This document shows positions 9,766-19,525 of a DNA stretch of 64,000 nt, piece after piece. The notes beneath the pieces were generated by a model. The model saw nothing but the letters and a program-made list of their open reading frames with translations, ran no database searches and had not been told where the DNA came from. Each line of letters starts with the position of its first letter. Within the stretch, counting starts at the first letter, position 1. Source of the stretch: Candidatus Bathyarchaeota archaeon (GTDB lineage Archaea; Thermoproteota; Bathyarchaeia; TCS64); assembly GCA_963769425.1 (NCBI GenBank), contig CAVYLP010000006.1, positions 384,001 through 448,000 of the forward strand. The letters are read 5' to 3'. The position numbers were made by a program, and so were the translations under genes.

Positions 9766-10755
9766 GTGGCTACTAGGTGGTCGATGAAGAGAGCCTGGGC
9801 TTGGTACGACGGGCAGCCTTGGATCGTGGGTTGCAATTTTATCCCGAGCACCGCGGGGAACCAGTTGGAGATGTGGCAGGCGGACTCCTTCGACATTGGC
9901 ACCATCAAACGCGAGTTGGGATGGGCTGAAGAACTCGGCTTCAACGCAGTCCGAGTCTACCTCCACGATCTCGTCTGGCAGGCGGACCCCGAGGGCCTCA
10001 AGGAGAGGATGGAGCTGTTCCTCGACTCAGCTTTCCGCGTCGGGATACGCCCCATATTCGTCTTCTTCGACGATTGCTGGAGCCAGGAGTCGAGGCCGGG
10101 GAAGCAGCCGGAGCCGAGGCTCGGCGTCCACAACTCGATCTGGGTTCAGAGCCCTGGGACGAAGGTGGTTAAGGACCCGTCGGGCTGGGGGCGCCTCGCC
10201 GACTACGTCCGAGGCGTCATCGGCCACTTTAGATCCGACGAACGTGTCCTGCTCTGGGACCTCTACAACGAGCCGGGCAACAACAAACGGGGGGAGGAGT
10301 CCCTCGGCTTACTGAGGGAGGCATTCAGATGGGCACGTGAAGCGGTGCCGACGCAGCCTCTATCCGTCGGCGTTTGGTTCGACAACCAGGTTCTGAATGA
10401 GTTCCAGCTCGGAGCCTCGGACATCATCACATTCCACAACTACCACGACGCGGAGAACCTCATGGAGCAGATACGCGCCCTTGAAGAATACGAGAGGCCG
10501 CTCATATGTACGGAGTACATGGCAAGGTCGCGGGGAAGCCGATTTGAGACGCACCTCCCTATCTTCAAGAGGAAGCGCATCGGCTGCCTCAACTGGGGTT
10601 TCGTCAGCGGGCGATCTCAGACGATCTACCCCTGGGGGTCGTCGGAGGGTTCACCTGAGCCCGCGGAGTGGTTCCACGACGTACTCCGGAGGGATGGCAC
10701 CCCCTTCGACGAGAGGGAAGTATCGTTCATAAAACAGATCATCGCTGAGCCTTAA
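9766..10755 (+). CDS. Clan GH-A glycoside hydrolase (GH5-like), no obvious signal peptide
   Basis: 'NQLEMWQ', 'GFNAVRVYLH', 'WDLYNEP' acid/base, 'CTEYMAR' nucleophile. Confidence 0.8.
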   Translation: MATRWSMKRAWAWYDGQPWIVGCNFIPSTAGNQLEMWQADSFDIGTIKRELGWAEELGFNAVRVYLHDLVWQADPEGLKERMELFLDSAFRVGIRPIFVFFDDCWSQESRPGKQPEPRLGVHNSIWVQSPGTKVVKDPSGWGRLADYVRGVIGHFRSDERVLLWDLYNEPGNNKRGEESLGLLREAFRWAREAVPTQPLSVGVWFDNQVLNEFQLGASDIITFHNYHDAENLMEQIRALEEYERPLICTEYMARSRGSRFETHLPIFKRKRIGCLNWGFVSGRSQTIYPWGSSEGSPEPAEWFHDVLRRDGTPFDEREVSFIKQIIAEP

Positions 10756-10762
10756 TCTCTGG

Positions 10763-11545
10763 CTATGCGTGGCTGACGAAGTCCATCCTGCCGCCGTCGG
10801 CGACGACAACCTGCCCCGAGATGAAGCTTGACTCCTCCGAGGCTAGGAAGAGCACAACGTTGGCGATGTCCTGGGGGTCGCCGATGCGCCTCATGGCGGC
10901 GAGGCTCGCCTTCCTCACGTTTATCTCGTCGGCCTTGGGGCCGCTCTTCGCGTTCGTCATGTCGGTCTTCGTCCACCCTGGGGCGACGCAGTTGACGTTT
11001 ATGCCGTGTGGGCCGAGCTCCTGCGCAGCGACGGAGGTGAGGGCTATGACGCCTGCCTTTGAGCAGCCATAGGCCCCCTCGCCGGTGGGTGCGCAGCCGA
11101 GGCCCGAGATGCTGGAGATGTTCACGATCTTCCCACTCTTCTTGGGTATCATGAGCTTCGCTGCCTCCTGGGTGCAGTTGAAGGGGCCCCGGAGGTTGAT
11201 TGCCATGACGCGGTCCCAGTCCCCCTCGGTCGTCTCCATGAGGCTCGTGGGGATGAGTATCCCCGCGTTGTTGACGAGTATGTCGACGCCGCCGAGGGAT
11301 CTTGTGACCTCGGCGAATATCTTCTTCACCTGCTCCTTGTTGGAGACGTCTGCCTTGACGGTGATGGCCCTTCGGCCCATCGCTTTGATCTCGGCGGCGA
11401 CGCTCTCCGCCTCCTTCGCCCCGTTTATGTAGTTCACGGCTACGCTCGCGCCCTCCCGGGCGAGTGTGAGGGCGACGGCCCTACCTATACCCCTCGACGC
11501 GCCGGTGACGAGCGCCACCTTGCCTTCAAGTTTCATGGGAATCAT
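10763..11545 (-). CDS. Short-chain dehydrogenase/reductase (FabG-like)
   Basis: TGASRGIG, NNAG, YxxxK (YGCSK). Confidence 0.9.
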   Translation of the reverse strand: MIPMKLEGKVALVTGASRGIGRAVALTLAREGASVAVNYINGAKEAESVAAEIKAMGRRAITVKADVSNKEQVKKIFAEVTRSLGGVDILVNNAGILIPTSLMETTEGDWDRVMAINLRGPFNCTQEAAKLMIPKKSGKIVNISSISGLGCAPTGEGAYGCSKAGVIALTSVAAQELGPHGINVNCVAPGWTKTDMTNAKSGPKADEINVRKASLAAMRRIGDPQDIANVVLFLASEESSFISGQVVVADGGRMDFVSHA

Positions 11546-11563
11546 GTTGGCGGCGTAGGCACT

Positions 11564-12058
11564 TTAGACTTTGGGGGCACTCCTCGGGTGGAGGAGTTCG
11601 AAGGACTCGGCGACGACTAGGGACGCCTCGTCGAACCTCTCCCCCCGGGCGGCGAGCACCCTCGTGAAGTATTTCCTGTGCTCGTGGCGCCACGAGTCGA
11701 GGGTGCGATCGTCCTCCCCCTCGGAGTAGGCGAACTCGGCGGTGACCTCGGTAAATGGCTTGATCTCCACACTCGTCGTCCTTATTACGACGGCTGGTTT
11801 CCCGCGTCCGTCGAGTACGATGCTGTAGCCGCCGACCTCGGGGACGGGTTCCCCCCTGTGCTCGTACTCGGCGAGGAGATCGGCTGTGCCGCGCTTCTTA
11901 CCGTCGAGGATGAGGCTCAGAAGCTCGTCGGCTAGGCTGGGGTTGTCGCCGAAGGCCCATGCCTCCCAGTGCGTGTCCTCGGGGACGTTGTTGTGCCTTC
12001 GGTACTCCTCCCAGTACCTCGTTGCCTCGGGTGAGTGCTTGGTCAGTTTCCACCCCAC
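11564..12058 (-). CDS. ASCH domain protein
   Basis: 'AFGD...ADELLSLILDGKKRGT', 'FAYSEGEDDRTLDSWR'; exact start uncertain. Confidence 0.85.
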   Translation of the reverse strand: MGWKLTKHSPEATRYWEEYRRHNNVPEDTHWEAWAFGDNPSLADELLSLILDGKKRGTADLLAEYEHRGEPVPEVGGYSIVLDGRGKPAVVIRTTSVEIKPFTEVTAEFAYSEGEDDRTLDSWRHEHRKYFTRVLAARGERFDEASLVVAESFELLHPRSAPKV

Positions 12059-12846
12059 CCGCCTAGGCGCTTGCAGGTCTCTGTGGCTGCCCTGTGCCCT
12101 TCGTCAATGGCGCTTTGGATGGAGGAGCCCTTGAGCCGGGCGCAGAGGAAGGCGGCTATGTAGCTGTCCCCCGCGCCGAGGGTGTCAACAACCTCAACAG
12201 GCAGCGCCTCCCCCCGGTACATCTTCTCGCCGTCGTAGACGAGCGACCCATGCTCGCCGAGGGTCATCACCACGACACCGGGGGTCCTCGCCTTCAGCTC
12301 CCTTAGCCTCCCCTCGGGGTCGAGCCCCTTCGTTATGAGTTCCTTGCCGCTGAAGAAACTGTAGTCGAGGTGGGGGAGCACGCTGAGGGCGTCGTGTTGG
12401 AGTTGGTTGCTGAAATCGAAGCTCAGGATCGGGTGATTTCCCTGCTTTATCCAGGGTATGTGGTTCCTGCCGAAGCCCCAGACGCTGAAGTGGACAAGGT
12501 CGTATGTCCTAACCATTGGTAGGAGCTTGGAAGGGAACTTGGCGTCCTTCTGCACGCCCTCGACGTAGTTTGCGAAGACGCGATCCCCGTCGCGGATGAG
12601 GATTGTGCTCACGGCGGACTCCCCGGGGAGACGGATGACTCCCTCGGTGGATAGGCCCTCGCGTCTCATCTGGTCGATCATGTAGTCCCCCGCCTCATCG
12701 GTGCCCATGACGCCGATGTAGTCGGCATAGATGCCCGGGACCCTGTGTGCGTACACGGCGACGTTGAGGGCGTTGCCCCCGGGGAAGCGCCTCCCAAGCT
12801 CAGTGTAGTTGTCTATACAGTTATCGCCGATGGCTAGGAGCCTCAT
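12043..12846 (-). CDS. frlD: PfkB-family kinase, fructoselysine 6-kinase-like
   Basis: 'IGDNCID', 'PGGNALNVAVY', 'SFDFS', 'DTLGAGDSYIA'. Confidence 0.8.
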   Translation of the reverse strand: MRLLAIGDNCIDNYTELGRRFPGGNALNVAVYAHRVPGIYADYIGVMGTDEAGDYMIDQMRREGLSTEGVIRLPGESAVSTILIRDGDRVFANYVEGVQKDAKFPSKLLPMVRTYDLVHFSVWGFGRNHIPWIKQGNHPILSFDFSNQLQHDALSVLPHLDYSFFSGKELITKGLDPEGRLRELKARTPGVVVMTLGEHGSLVYDGEKMYRGEALPVEVVDTLGAGDSYIAAFLCARLKGSSIQSAIDEGHRAATETCKRLGGWGGN

Positions 12847-12894
12847 GTTGCGAGTCCCTTAAAAATCACCGACAGGTGATTTATCAGGATCGCC

Positions 12895-13452
12895 ATGGAG
12901 CTCGACGAGGCAATACTCAACAGGCGCAGCTGCCGAAGCTACGACCAGACCAAGCACGTCTCGAAAGTGATGATGAGGGAGATAGTCCACGCCGGGACGT
13001 GGGCGCCATCGGGGACAAACAGCCAGCCCTGGAGGTTCACGATCCTCAGCGGCGAGGCGAAGGCCGAGTTCATCAAACTCCACAGAACCGACCTAGAATC
13101 AAAGAGGGCGGCGATGACGGAGCAGGCGCAGAACATAGCCTTCTGGAGCTGCACGAGCCTCGAGAAGTCGGATGTCGTCGTCCTCGTCTGGGACAAAGAG
13201 AAGTCGCTGACGAGTCCTCAGAGCGTCGGCGCATGCATACAGACTATGATGCTAAAGGCACATGGTTTGGGCGTGGGCTCACTCTGGGTCGCCGCCGTCA
13301 GGTGGAGCAGGGAGGAGATCACGAAGAGGTACACCCACCCCGACTGGGAGCTCATCGCCGGGGTCGGGTTCGGTTACCCCTCGGAGAAGATGATCGGCAA
13401 GAAGGGGCCACCGAGGCTCCCCGTGGACGAGGTCGCCGAGTTCCTCGGCTAA
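12895..13452 (+). CDS. Nitroreductase family protein
   Basis: 'RRSCRSY', 'APSGTNSQPWRF', 'AHGLGVGSLW'. Confidence 0.88.
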   Translation: MELDEAILNRRSCRSYDQTKHVSKVMMREIVHAGTWAPSGTNSQPWRFTILSGEAKAEFIKLHRTDLESKRAAMTEQAQNIAFWSCTSLEKSDVVVLVWDKEKSLTSPQSVGACIQTMMLKAHGLGVGSLWVAAVRWSREEITKRYTHPDWELIAGVGFGYPSEKMIGKKGPPRLPVDEVAEFLG

Positions 13453-13550
13453 TAATCGATACTGATCACTTCGTATCAATCAGCGTACACGTTTTACCGG
13501 CTTTTAATCGTCATCAGGGCAGGTGATTGGGACGCCTTGGGAGTCGTTGC

Positions 13551-14096
13551 CTAGTGTGCTCTGCTCCGGCTCTTGACGGCGTCTCGGATCGCCTTCGCGT
13601 CGTCCCCGTTTATCTCGGCGTGCCAGAAGCGCATTAGTCTGCTCCGGTCGCTACCTGCATTCTGGTACTCGGACGCTTGCATCACCATCTCCAGCTTGTC
13701 GGCGTCCTTGACGAGGCGCGCCTCCTCGGTTGATGAAGAGGAGAACTCGCGCCAGGCGGAGACGTAGGTCGCGAATCGATTCAGGGAGCTTGTTGAACAG
13801 CTTCACCATGGCCTCGTCCTCGGCACGTTTGTTCGCCTCGGGGTCGGCTTCCTTCTGCATGGGGGTGAGGTCGCCCGTCTCCGCCTCGGCGAGGTCGTGT
13901 ATGAGCGCCATCCTCACCGCCTTCAAGGAGTCGAGTCCCTGCTCGTCGCGAGGACTAGGGCGATGAGGGCGACTCGGAAGCTGTGGTCGGCAACCGACTC
14001 GGGGTCAGGGACGCCGGACTCGACCCAGCCGGTACGGGGTATCCTCTTCAGCTTGCCCGCCTCGGCTATGAAGTCGATGAGCCCGTCTGTGTTCAT
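13551..14096 (-). CDS. HD-domain hydrolase (HDDC2/YfbR-like 5'-deoxynucleotidase), two frameshifts
   Basis: 'LKRIPRTGW...ESVADHS' + 'MALIHDLAEAETGD' + 'EARLVKDADKLEM' lie in three different frames. Confidence 0.75.
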
Positions 14097-14116
14097 GATT
14101 AGTTTGTTGCCTGAGG

Positions 14117-14570
14117 CTATTTGAGGGGTTTCCCGCATCCCGGGCACCTCTTCTCGTCCCAGAAGGTCGGCGCACCGCAGTAGCGGCACTTCCACTTCGC
14201 CCCCTGCTCGAGGAGCCACGCATCGACGTCACCGGAGTTTATCCTGCTCAGGTTCGTCGCGAAGGCTCTCGCCCCTCTTTTTGAAGTAGCGCTCGAACTC
14301 CTCGAACTTGTCGCAGGTGCCGTCCTCGTAGTGGGCGCAGGCGCTGCAGTATTCGAGTCCCTTGTTGTTCAGGCAGGCTCGGCGGGGGCAGTCGACGCCG
14401 TGGGACTCTGGGCCGAGGTTGTGGCAGCCGTCGCAGGTCATCCTGTTGGGAGGCGTCTTCCAGACGTCGCGGGCGAAGGCCTGCGCCTGCTTGTCCCCGC
14501 GGGTCCCCCGGTAGATCGGGCAGGCGCCGCAGTATATCCCGCAGCGCCCCACGACGTCCATCTTCGCCAT
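14117..14570 (-). CDS. DUF3795-like Cys-rich protein with C-terminal Zn ribbon (frameshift near 14256)
   Basis: CGIYCGACP, CDGC, CSAC; shifted frame gives NLSRINSG...WKCRYCG...RCPGCGKPLK*. Confidence 0.7.
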
Positions 14571-14612
14571 GGTTAACCATCCCTCAAAGGGGGATAAAAG
14601 ATGGCGGTACCC

Positions 14613-15131
14613 TCACCGCGGCCCGATCTTGTTCACGACGTCCCAGATGGCGAGGCCCTCCCTCTCGGAGAAGCCGAGCACGTTCTCCGCTATCCACGGC
14701 TTGTCCCTGCACTCCAGCCTAATCGCCTCGAACATGACCGTGGGTGTGCAGGGGGTCTTCAGCTTCTGGTTCTCGATGAGTATGGCGAGGTTGTCCGCGA
14801 AGACGAGCGCCCTGTCGAGCTGGGTGACGGGCTTGACGCCGGACCTATGGTCGTGCGCCCTTATGGCGTGTAGGCTCGCCTCGGGCAGCTTCTCCGCGAG
14901 TATCTCCGCCGCTAGGTTGCCGTGGCGCGGCGGGTCGTCCTCGGTGGCGTCGTGGTCTAGGTCGTGGAGGAGGCCGACTATCCCCCAGTCCTGGGGCGCG
15001 GCGGAGAATTCCATGGCGAGGACCTCCATAATCCGGGCGACTAGGATCGAGTGGAAGAGCTTACTGGAGCCCTCCAGCAGGCGGTGGGCCTCACTCTCCG
15101 TTATCCCCACCATCGAGTTGTAGAGGGACAT
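14613..15131 (-). CDS. HD/HDIG-domain metal-dependent phosphohydrolase
   Basis: 'HSILVA', 'GLLHDLD', 'AIRAH', 'AD'. Confidence 0.8.
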   Translation of the reverse strand: MSLYNSMVGITESEAHRLLEGSSKLFHSILVARIMEVLAMEFSAAPQDWGIVGLLHDLDHDATEDDPPRHGNLAAEILAEKLPEASLHAIRAHDHRSGVKPVTQLDRALVFADNLAILIENQKLKTPCTPTVMFEAIRLECRDKPWIAENVLGFSEREGLAIWDVVNKIGPR

Positions 15132-15227
15132 TGAACCTTAAAAGATGGAGCAGGACCCCGGGGCTAAGGGTGACGTATATTCTATACTTACTACGGCAGG
15201 GAACCCTTTTACGGTACCTGATCGACT

Positions 15228-16469
15228 TTGTGGGATAAGAGGATCGGGAAATTGGAAATAGACGTTATCTGGATGACAGTTGCTACCGCCTTTGTCGTGT
15301 TAATGGTTCCAGCACTCGGCATTTTCTACGCCGGCCTCGTCCGCAAGAAGAACGTCCTGTCGACCTTCCTGCAGTGCCTCGCCGTCTCCGCGGTGGTCGC
15401 CCTCGTCTGGGCCCTCTTCGGCTACAGCCTAGTCTTCGGCAACAGCATAGGTGGCTTCATCGGCGACCTCTCACGCGTCGGCCTATCGACCGCAGGGAGC
15501 GCTCCCTACGACGCCTACGCACCCAAGATCCCTGAGGTACTCTTCATAGCGTTCCAAGCCACGGTCGCTGGCATAACCCCCGCACTAATACTCGGCGCCG
15601 TCGTCGAGAGGGCGAAGCTGAAGACGATACTCACCTTCAGCGTGCTCTGGTCCATACTCATCTACTCCCCCATCGCACACTGGGTCTTCAACGAGGGCGG
15701 CTGGCTCAGGACCCTAGGCGCCATCGACTTCGCCGGGGGCTACGCCGTCCACATGGCAGCCGGCCTATCCGCGATAGCCGCGGCCCTAGTGATCGGCCCG
15801 AGGATCAAGTCCAGAAATGGGGAGTCCGGGAAGCCCAGCAGCATCCCATACGTCATGCTCGGGGCTGGTCTCCTCTGGTTTGGCTGGTTCGGGTTCAACG
15901 CGGGGAGCACACTCGAGGCTAACAACGTCGTCGCGTCCACGATAACTGCGACGACCCTAGCCGCGGCGGCCGCCGCGATGAGCTGGGTGCTCATCGACTA
16001 CCTCGTCCGGAAGAAGCCCTCCGCCGTCGGCTTCAGCGTCGCCGCCGTCTGTGGCCTAGTCGCCATCACGCCGGGCGCGGGCTTCGTCACGCCCCTCGCC
16101 GCGATAATCATCGGTCTAGTCTCAGGCGTCATCTCTAACCTCGCCGCGACGTGGAGGTCTAAGACGAGCATCGACGACTCTCTCGACGTCTTCGCCTGCC
16201 ATGGCGTGAACGGGACCCTCGGCCTCATCGCCACCGGCCTATTCGCCACGCTCGCAATCAACCCGCTCGGCGCAAACGGCCTCTTCTACGGCAACCCCGG
16301 CCTCGTCGTCTCCGAGCTAATCGGCATAGTCGCCGTCGCAGCCTACTCCTTCATCGGCTCATTCGCCATACTCAGGGCGCTCGGCCTCGTCTCAAAGCTC
16401 AGGGTCACACCTAAGGAGGAAGAGGAGGGGCTTGACGTGGCTGAGCTCGGCGAGTCCCTAGACGAGTAA
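15228..16469 (+). CDS. amtB: Ammonium transporter
   Basis: 'DFAGGYAVH', 'LWFGWFGFNAGS', 'GLVAITPGAG', 'DDSLDVFACHG'; start may lie a few codons later. Confidence 0.95.
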   Translation: MWDKRIGKLEIDVIWMTVATAFVVLMVPALGIFYAGLVRKKNVLSTFLQCLAVSAVVALVWALFGYSLVFGNSIGGFIGDLSRVGLSTAGSAPYDAYAPKIPEVLFIAFQATVAGITPALILGAVVERAKLKTILTFSVLWSILIYSPIAHWVFNEGGWLRTLGAIDFAGGYAVHMAAGLSAIAAALVIGPRIKSRNGESGKPSSIPYVMLGAGLLWFGWFGFNAGSTLEANNVVASTITATTLAAAAAAMSWVLIDYLVRKKPSAVGFSVAAVCGLVAITPGAGFVTPLAAIIIGLVSGVISNLAATWRSKTSIDDSLDVFACHGVNGTLGLIATGLFATLAINPLGANGLFYGNPGLVVSELIGIVAVAAYSFIGSFAILRALGLVSKLRVTPKEEEEGLDVAELGESLDE

Positions 16470-16722
16470 ACCCGATCCTTTTCACCCGACATCCCAGGTA
16501 ATCGGGGCGAACCCGCCCCATTTTCCGAATAAAACCATCGACCTACGCCCTTTAAAAAAAAGGTAGAGTAGGGTAAACCATCCAAGCCAGAAAACGGCCT
16601 CTCCCAGCTAAAGGAGCCCGAAAACCGCGCCACATGAACCCGATTATGTGCCAAAACGTGCATTTAAGCCACACATCCGGCGTGGGCAAGCAGTAAATAA
16701 CCGCCCCGAGTCCATTTGAGTT

Positions 16723-17100
16723 GTGGTCAACCTGAGCGGGACCGTCAACTTCATCGGCTTCGTCGAGAAGATCGACGGCGACTACTCCACCATACACATC
16801 TACCCCCAGTACGCCGATGGGCTCGACGGACTAGACGCCTACAAGCGCCTCTACATCCTTTACTGGCTACATGAGGGAGATAACCCAGAGCGCAGGGCGA
16901 CCCTCAGGGTCGTCCCGAGGCGCCACGGCGCCACTGAGGAGCGCGGAGTTTTCTCCACTCACAGCCCACACCGCCCCAACCCAATCGGCCTCACTATAGT
17001 TGACCTCATGAACATCGAGGGTAACAAGCTACTTGTCCACGGCCTCGACGCCTTCGAGGGCTCCCCCATCGTCGACATAAAACCCGAGGAGCACAGCTAG
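16723..17100 (+). CDS. tsaA: TrmO/TsaA-like SAM-binding protein (tRNA m6t6A37 methyltransferase family)
   Basis: 'GVFSTHSPHRPNPIGL', 'GLDAFEGSPIVDIKP'. Confidence 0.85.
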   Translation: MVNLSGTVNFIGFVEKIDGDYSTIHIYPQYADGLDGLDAYKRLYILYWLHEGDNPERRATLRVVPRRHGATEERGVFSTHSPHRPNPIGLTIVDLMNIEGNKLLVHGLDAFEGSPIVDIKPEEHS

Positions 17101-17188
17101 CCCGGATAAGTACAGACCATACACCGCTCCGGGCCAGAGACTAATAATTAAATATCATCCAGCCATTCCAGAGGTGAGGCACAACCCG

Positions 17189-18310
17189 ATGGTCAAGACC
17201 ACGGTATCATTAATAAAAGCCGATATAGGAAGCGTCGCGGGACACTCAGTCGTCGCCAAGCCACTCTTCGAGATAGCTAAGAAGAAGCTAGCCGAGGCCC
17301 AGAAACAGGGTCTCATCAACAGCTACTTTGTCTTCAACGCTGGGGACGACCTCGAGCTCCTCATGACGCACTTCAAGGGTGAAGACAACCCGGAAATACA
17401 CAAGCTCGCGTGGGACACCTTCCTCGCGTGCACCAAGAAGGCGAAGGAACTCAAGCTCTACGGCGCGGGGCAGGACCTGCTCCACGACGCCTTCAGCGGA
17501 AACGTCAAGGGGATGGGCCCCGGCGTGGCTGAGATGGAGTTCGAGGAGCGCGGAAGCGACCCGATCGTCGTCTTCGCCGCTGACAAAACTGAACCCTCCG
17601 CCTTCAACTACCTTCTCTACCGCGTCTTCGCCGACCCGAGCAACACCGCTGGACTCGTTATCGACCCCAAAATGACTGGTGGATTCAAGTTCGAGGTCTT
17701 CGACGCCTACGAGGACAAGAGCGTCGTTCTCGAGAGCCCGAAGGAGCTCTACCAGCTCATCGCCCTGATCGGCGCCACGAGCCGCTACATGGTCAGCAAG
17801 GTCTGGCGCACAAGCGACAATGAGATCGTCTCCACAAGCAGCACAACGAAGCTCAGCCTGATCGCGGGCACTTACGTTGGAAAGGATGACCCCGTCTGCC
17901 TCGTCAGGGGGCAGAGCGGATTCCCTAGCGTCGGAGAGATCATCGCTCCATTCCAGCACACCTATCTCGTCGCCGGCTGGATGCGCGGCAGCCACTGGGG
18001 GCCATTCATGCCCGTGGGGCTCAAGGACAGCAAGTGCACAGTCTTCGACGGCCCGCCGAGGATCGTCTGCCTAGGCGTCCAGATAAGCAACGGCAAACTC
18101 GCCGCGGACGACGAAGGCAACGTGCTCTTGGTCGACTTCTTCGAGGACGTCGCCTTCGACGGCGCACGCCAGGAGGCGATCCAGATGAGCCAGTTCCTCC
18201 GCCGTATGGGTGAATTCGAGCCAGCGAGGCTGGGACCCGAGGCGATGGAGTACACAACGCTCCCGCAGGTCCTGAAGACGCTGGAGCCACGCTTCAAGAA
18301 GAACAAGTAG
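17189..18310 (+). CDS. fbp: Fructose-1,6-bisphosphate aldolase/phosphatase
   Basis: 'KADIGSVAGH', 'GDDLELLM', 'YGAGQDLL', 'YVGKDDP', 'GWMRGSH', 'EYTTLP'. Confidence 0.96.
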   Translation: MVKTTVSLIKADIGSVAGHSVVAKPLFEIAKKKLAEAQKQGLINSYFVFNAGDDLELLMTHFKGEDNPEIHKLAWDTFLACTKKAKELKLYGAGQDLLHDAFSGNVKGMGPGVAEMEFEERGSDPIVVFAADKTEPSAFNYLLYRVFADPSNTAGLVIDPKMTGGFKFEVFDAYEDKSVVLESPKELYQLIALIGATSRYMVSKVWRTSDNEIVSTSSTTKLSLIAGTYVGKDDPVCLVRGQSGFPSVGEIIAPFQHTYLVAGWMRGSHWGPFMPVGLKDSKCTVFDGPPRIVCLGVQISNGKLAADDEGNVLLVDFFEDVAFDGARQEAIQMSQFLRRMGEFEPARLGPEAMEYTTLPQVLKTLEPRFKKNK

Positions 18311-18400
18311 CTCCGGTCCACTTTTCGGGACTGATTTTTCTTTTCCTCAACTCGACTCTAATGATTATATTCAGCCGATCCTCAGGGAAACACGGTCAAA

Positions 18401-18607
18401 ATGAAGACGAGTGCAAGAAACATGATAGAGGGTAAGATCGTGAAGGTCGAGACCGACAAGATCGTGGCGTTGGTCAAGGTGGAGATCAAACCCGCCACAG
18501 TCACGTCCCTGATAACGAAGGAGTCCGCCGACGACCTCCAGCTGAAGGTCGGGGACAAGGTCCACGTCATGATAAAGTCGACTTCGGTGATGCTCGTTAA
18601 GGAGTAG
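18401..18607 (+). CDS. Molbindin/Mop (TOBE) molybdate/tungstate-binding protein
   Basis: 'SARN', 'SLITKES', 'IKST'; 68 aa. Confidence 0.9.
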   Translation: MKTSARNMIEGKIVKVETDKIVALVKVEIKPATVTSLITKESADDLQLKVGDKVHVMIKSTSVMLVKE

Positions 18608-18679
18608 CCACACTTCTCAGGCACAAAGACCAAACGTGCGAGCGCCCAGTTCCTAGCGTAAGCACACTAGGGGAGTGCT

Positions 18680-19525
18680 ATGCCGACAAAGAATGGAGCC
18701 TTCAGGCTTGGGGACTTCGACTGCCACGTACTCTACGACGGATCCCGCAGCATCGGCTCGATGACCGAGGGTTCGGCGAGGAGTTTCATCTTCGGCGACG
18801 CCCCCGAGGCTGAGGTTGAAGCCGCCCTCAGACCCTACGGCGGAATCGACCTATCAACTCAGTTACCTTTCAACTATCTCCTCGCCGAAAACGGGGGGCA
18901 CGTGACGCTAATCGACGTCGGCTGCGGAGATCAGGCTGAGAATAATAAGAACCCGGATGAGCCCGCGGGGCTACTCTTGAGGAGCCTCGGCGAGGCGGGA
19001 TTCGGCGTAGACGACGTCGACACCGTGATCGTCTCCCACTGGCACTGGGACCACTTCGGCGGTGCGGTGACGGCAGGGGAAGTCACCTTCTCAAAAGCCG
19101 AGTACGTGATGAGCGCGAGAGAGGCGGAACACATCAAATCCAAGGCGGATGCGTGGGCGACCGAATACCTACGCATACTCGGCAAAAAGCTCAGGCTTCT
19201 ACCCGACGTCGCCGAGGTCGCCTCCGGCGTCACCGTCAGGACCACCCCCGGCCACACGCCCGGGATAGCTGTCACGGAGCTATCCTCAGGGGGCGAGATC
19301 CTGCTATTCACATCGGACATCATCATCCATCCGGCACACGTCGAGCACACCGGCTGGATACCATCTTTCGAGACGGACAGGGTCGCGGCTGCTGCGAGCA
19401 GGGGGAGGCTCATCGAGGATGCGTACAGGAGGAAGCTGCTACTATTCGTCCCACACATCCATGGCGTCCTCGGCAGGGTGAAGAATGGAAAAACGGGCTA
19501 TAGCTGGGTCGGAGAATACGGCTAG
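18680..19525 (+). CDS. MBL-fold metallo-hydrolase
   Basis: 'SHWHWDHFGG', 'PGHTPG'. Confidence 0.88.
   Translation: MPTKNGAFRLGDFDCHVLYDGSRSIGSMTEGSARSFIFGDAPEAEVEAALRPYGGIDLSTQLPFNYLLAENGGHVTLIDVGCGDQAENNKNPDEPAGLLLRSLGEAGFGVDDVDTVIVSHWHWDHFGGAVTAGEVTFSKAEYVMSAREAEHIKSKADAWATEYLRILGKKLRLLPDVAEVASGVTVRTTPGHTPGIAVTELSSGGEILLFTSDIIIHPAHVEHTGWIPSFETDRVAAAASRGRLIEDAYRRKLLLFVPHIHGVLGRVKNGKTGYSWVGEYG

Noticed and set aside
16470-16722. Possible RNA gene in the amtB-tsaA intergenic region
   Set aside because: No tRNA cloverleaf, convincing C/D box pair or strong stem seen by eye
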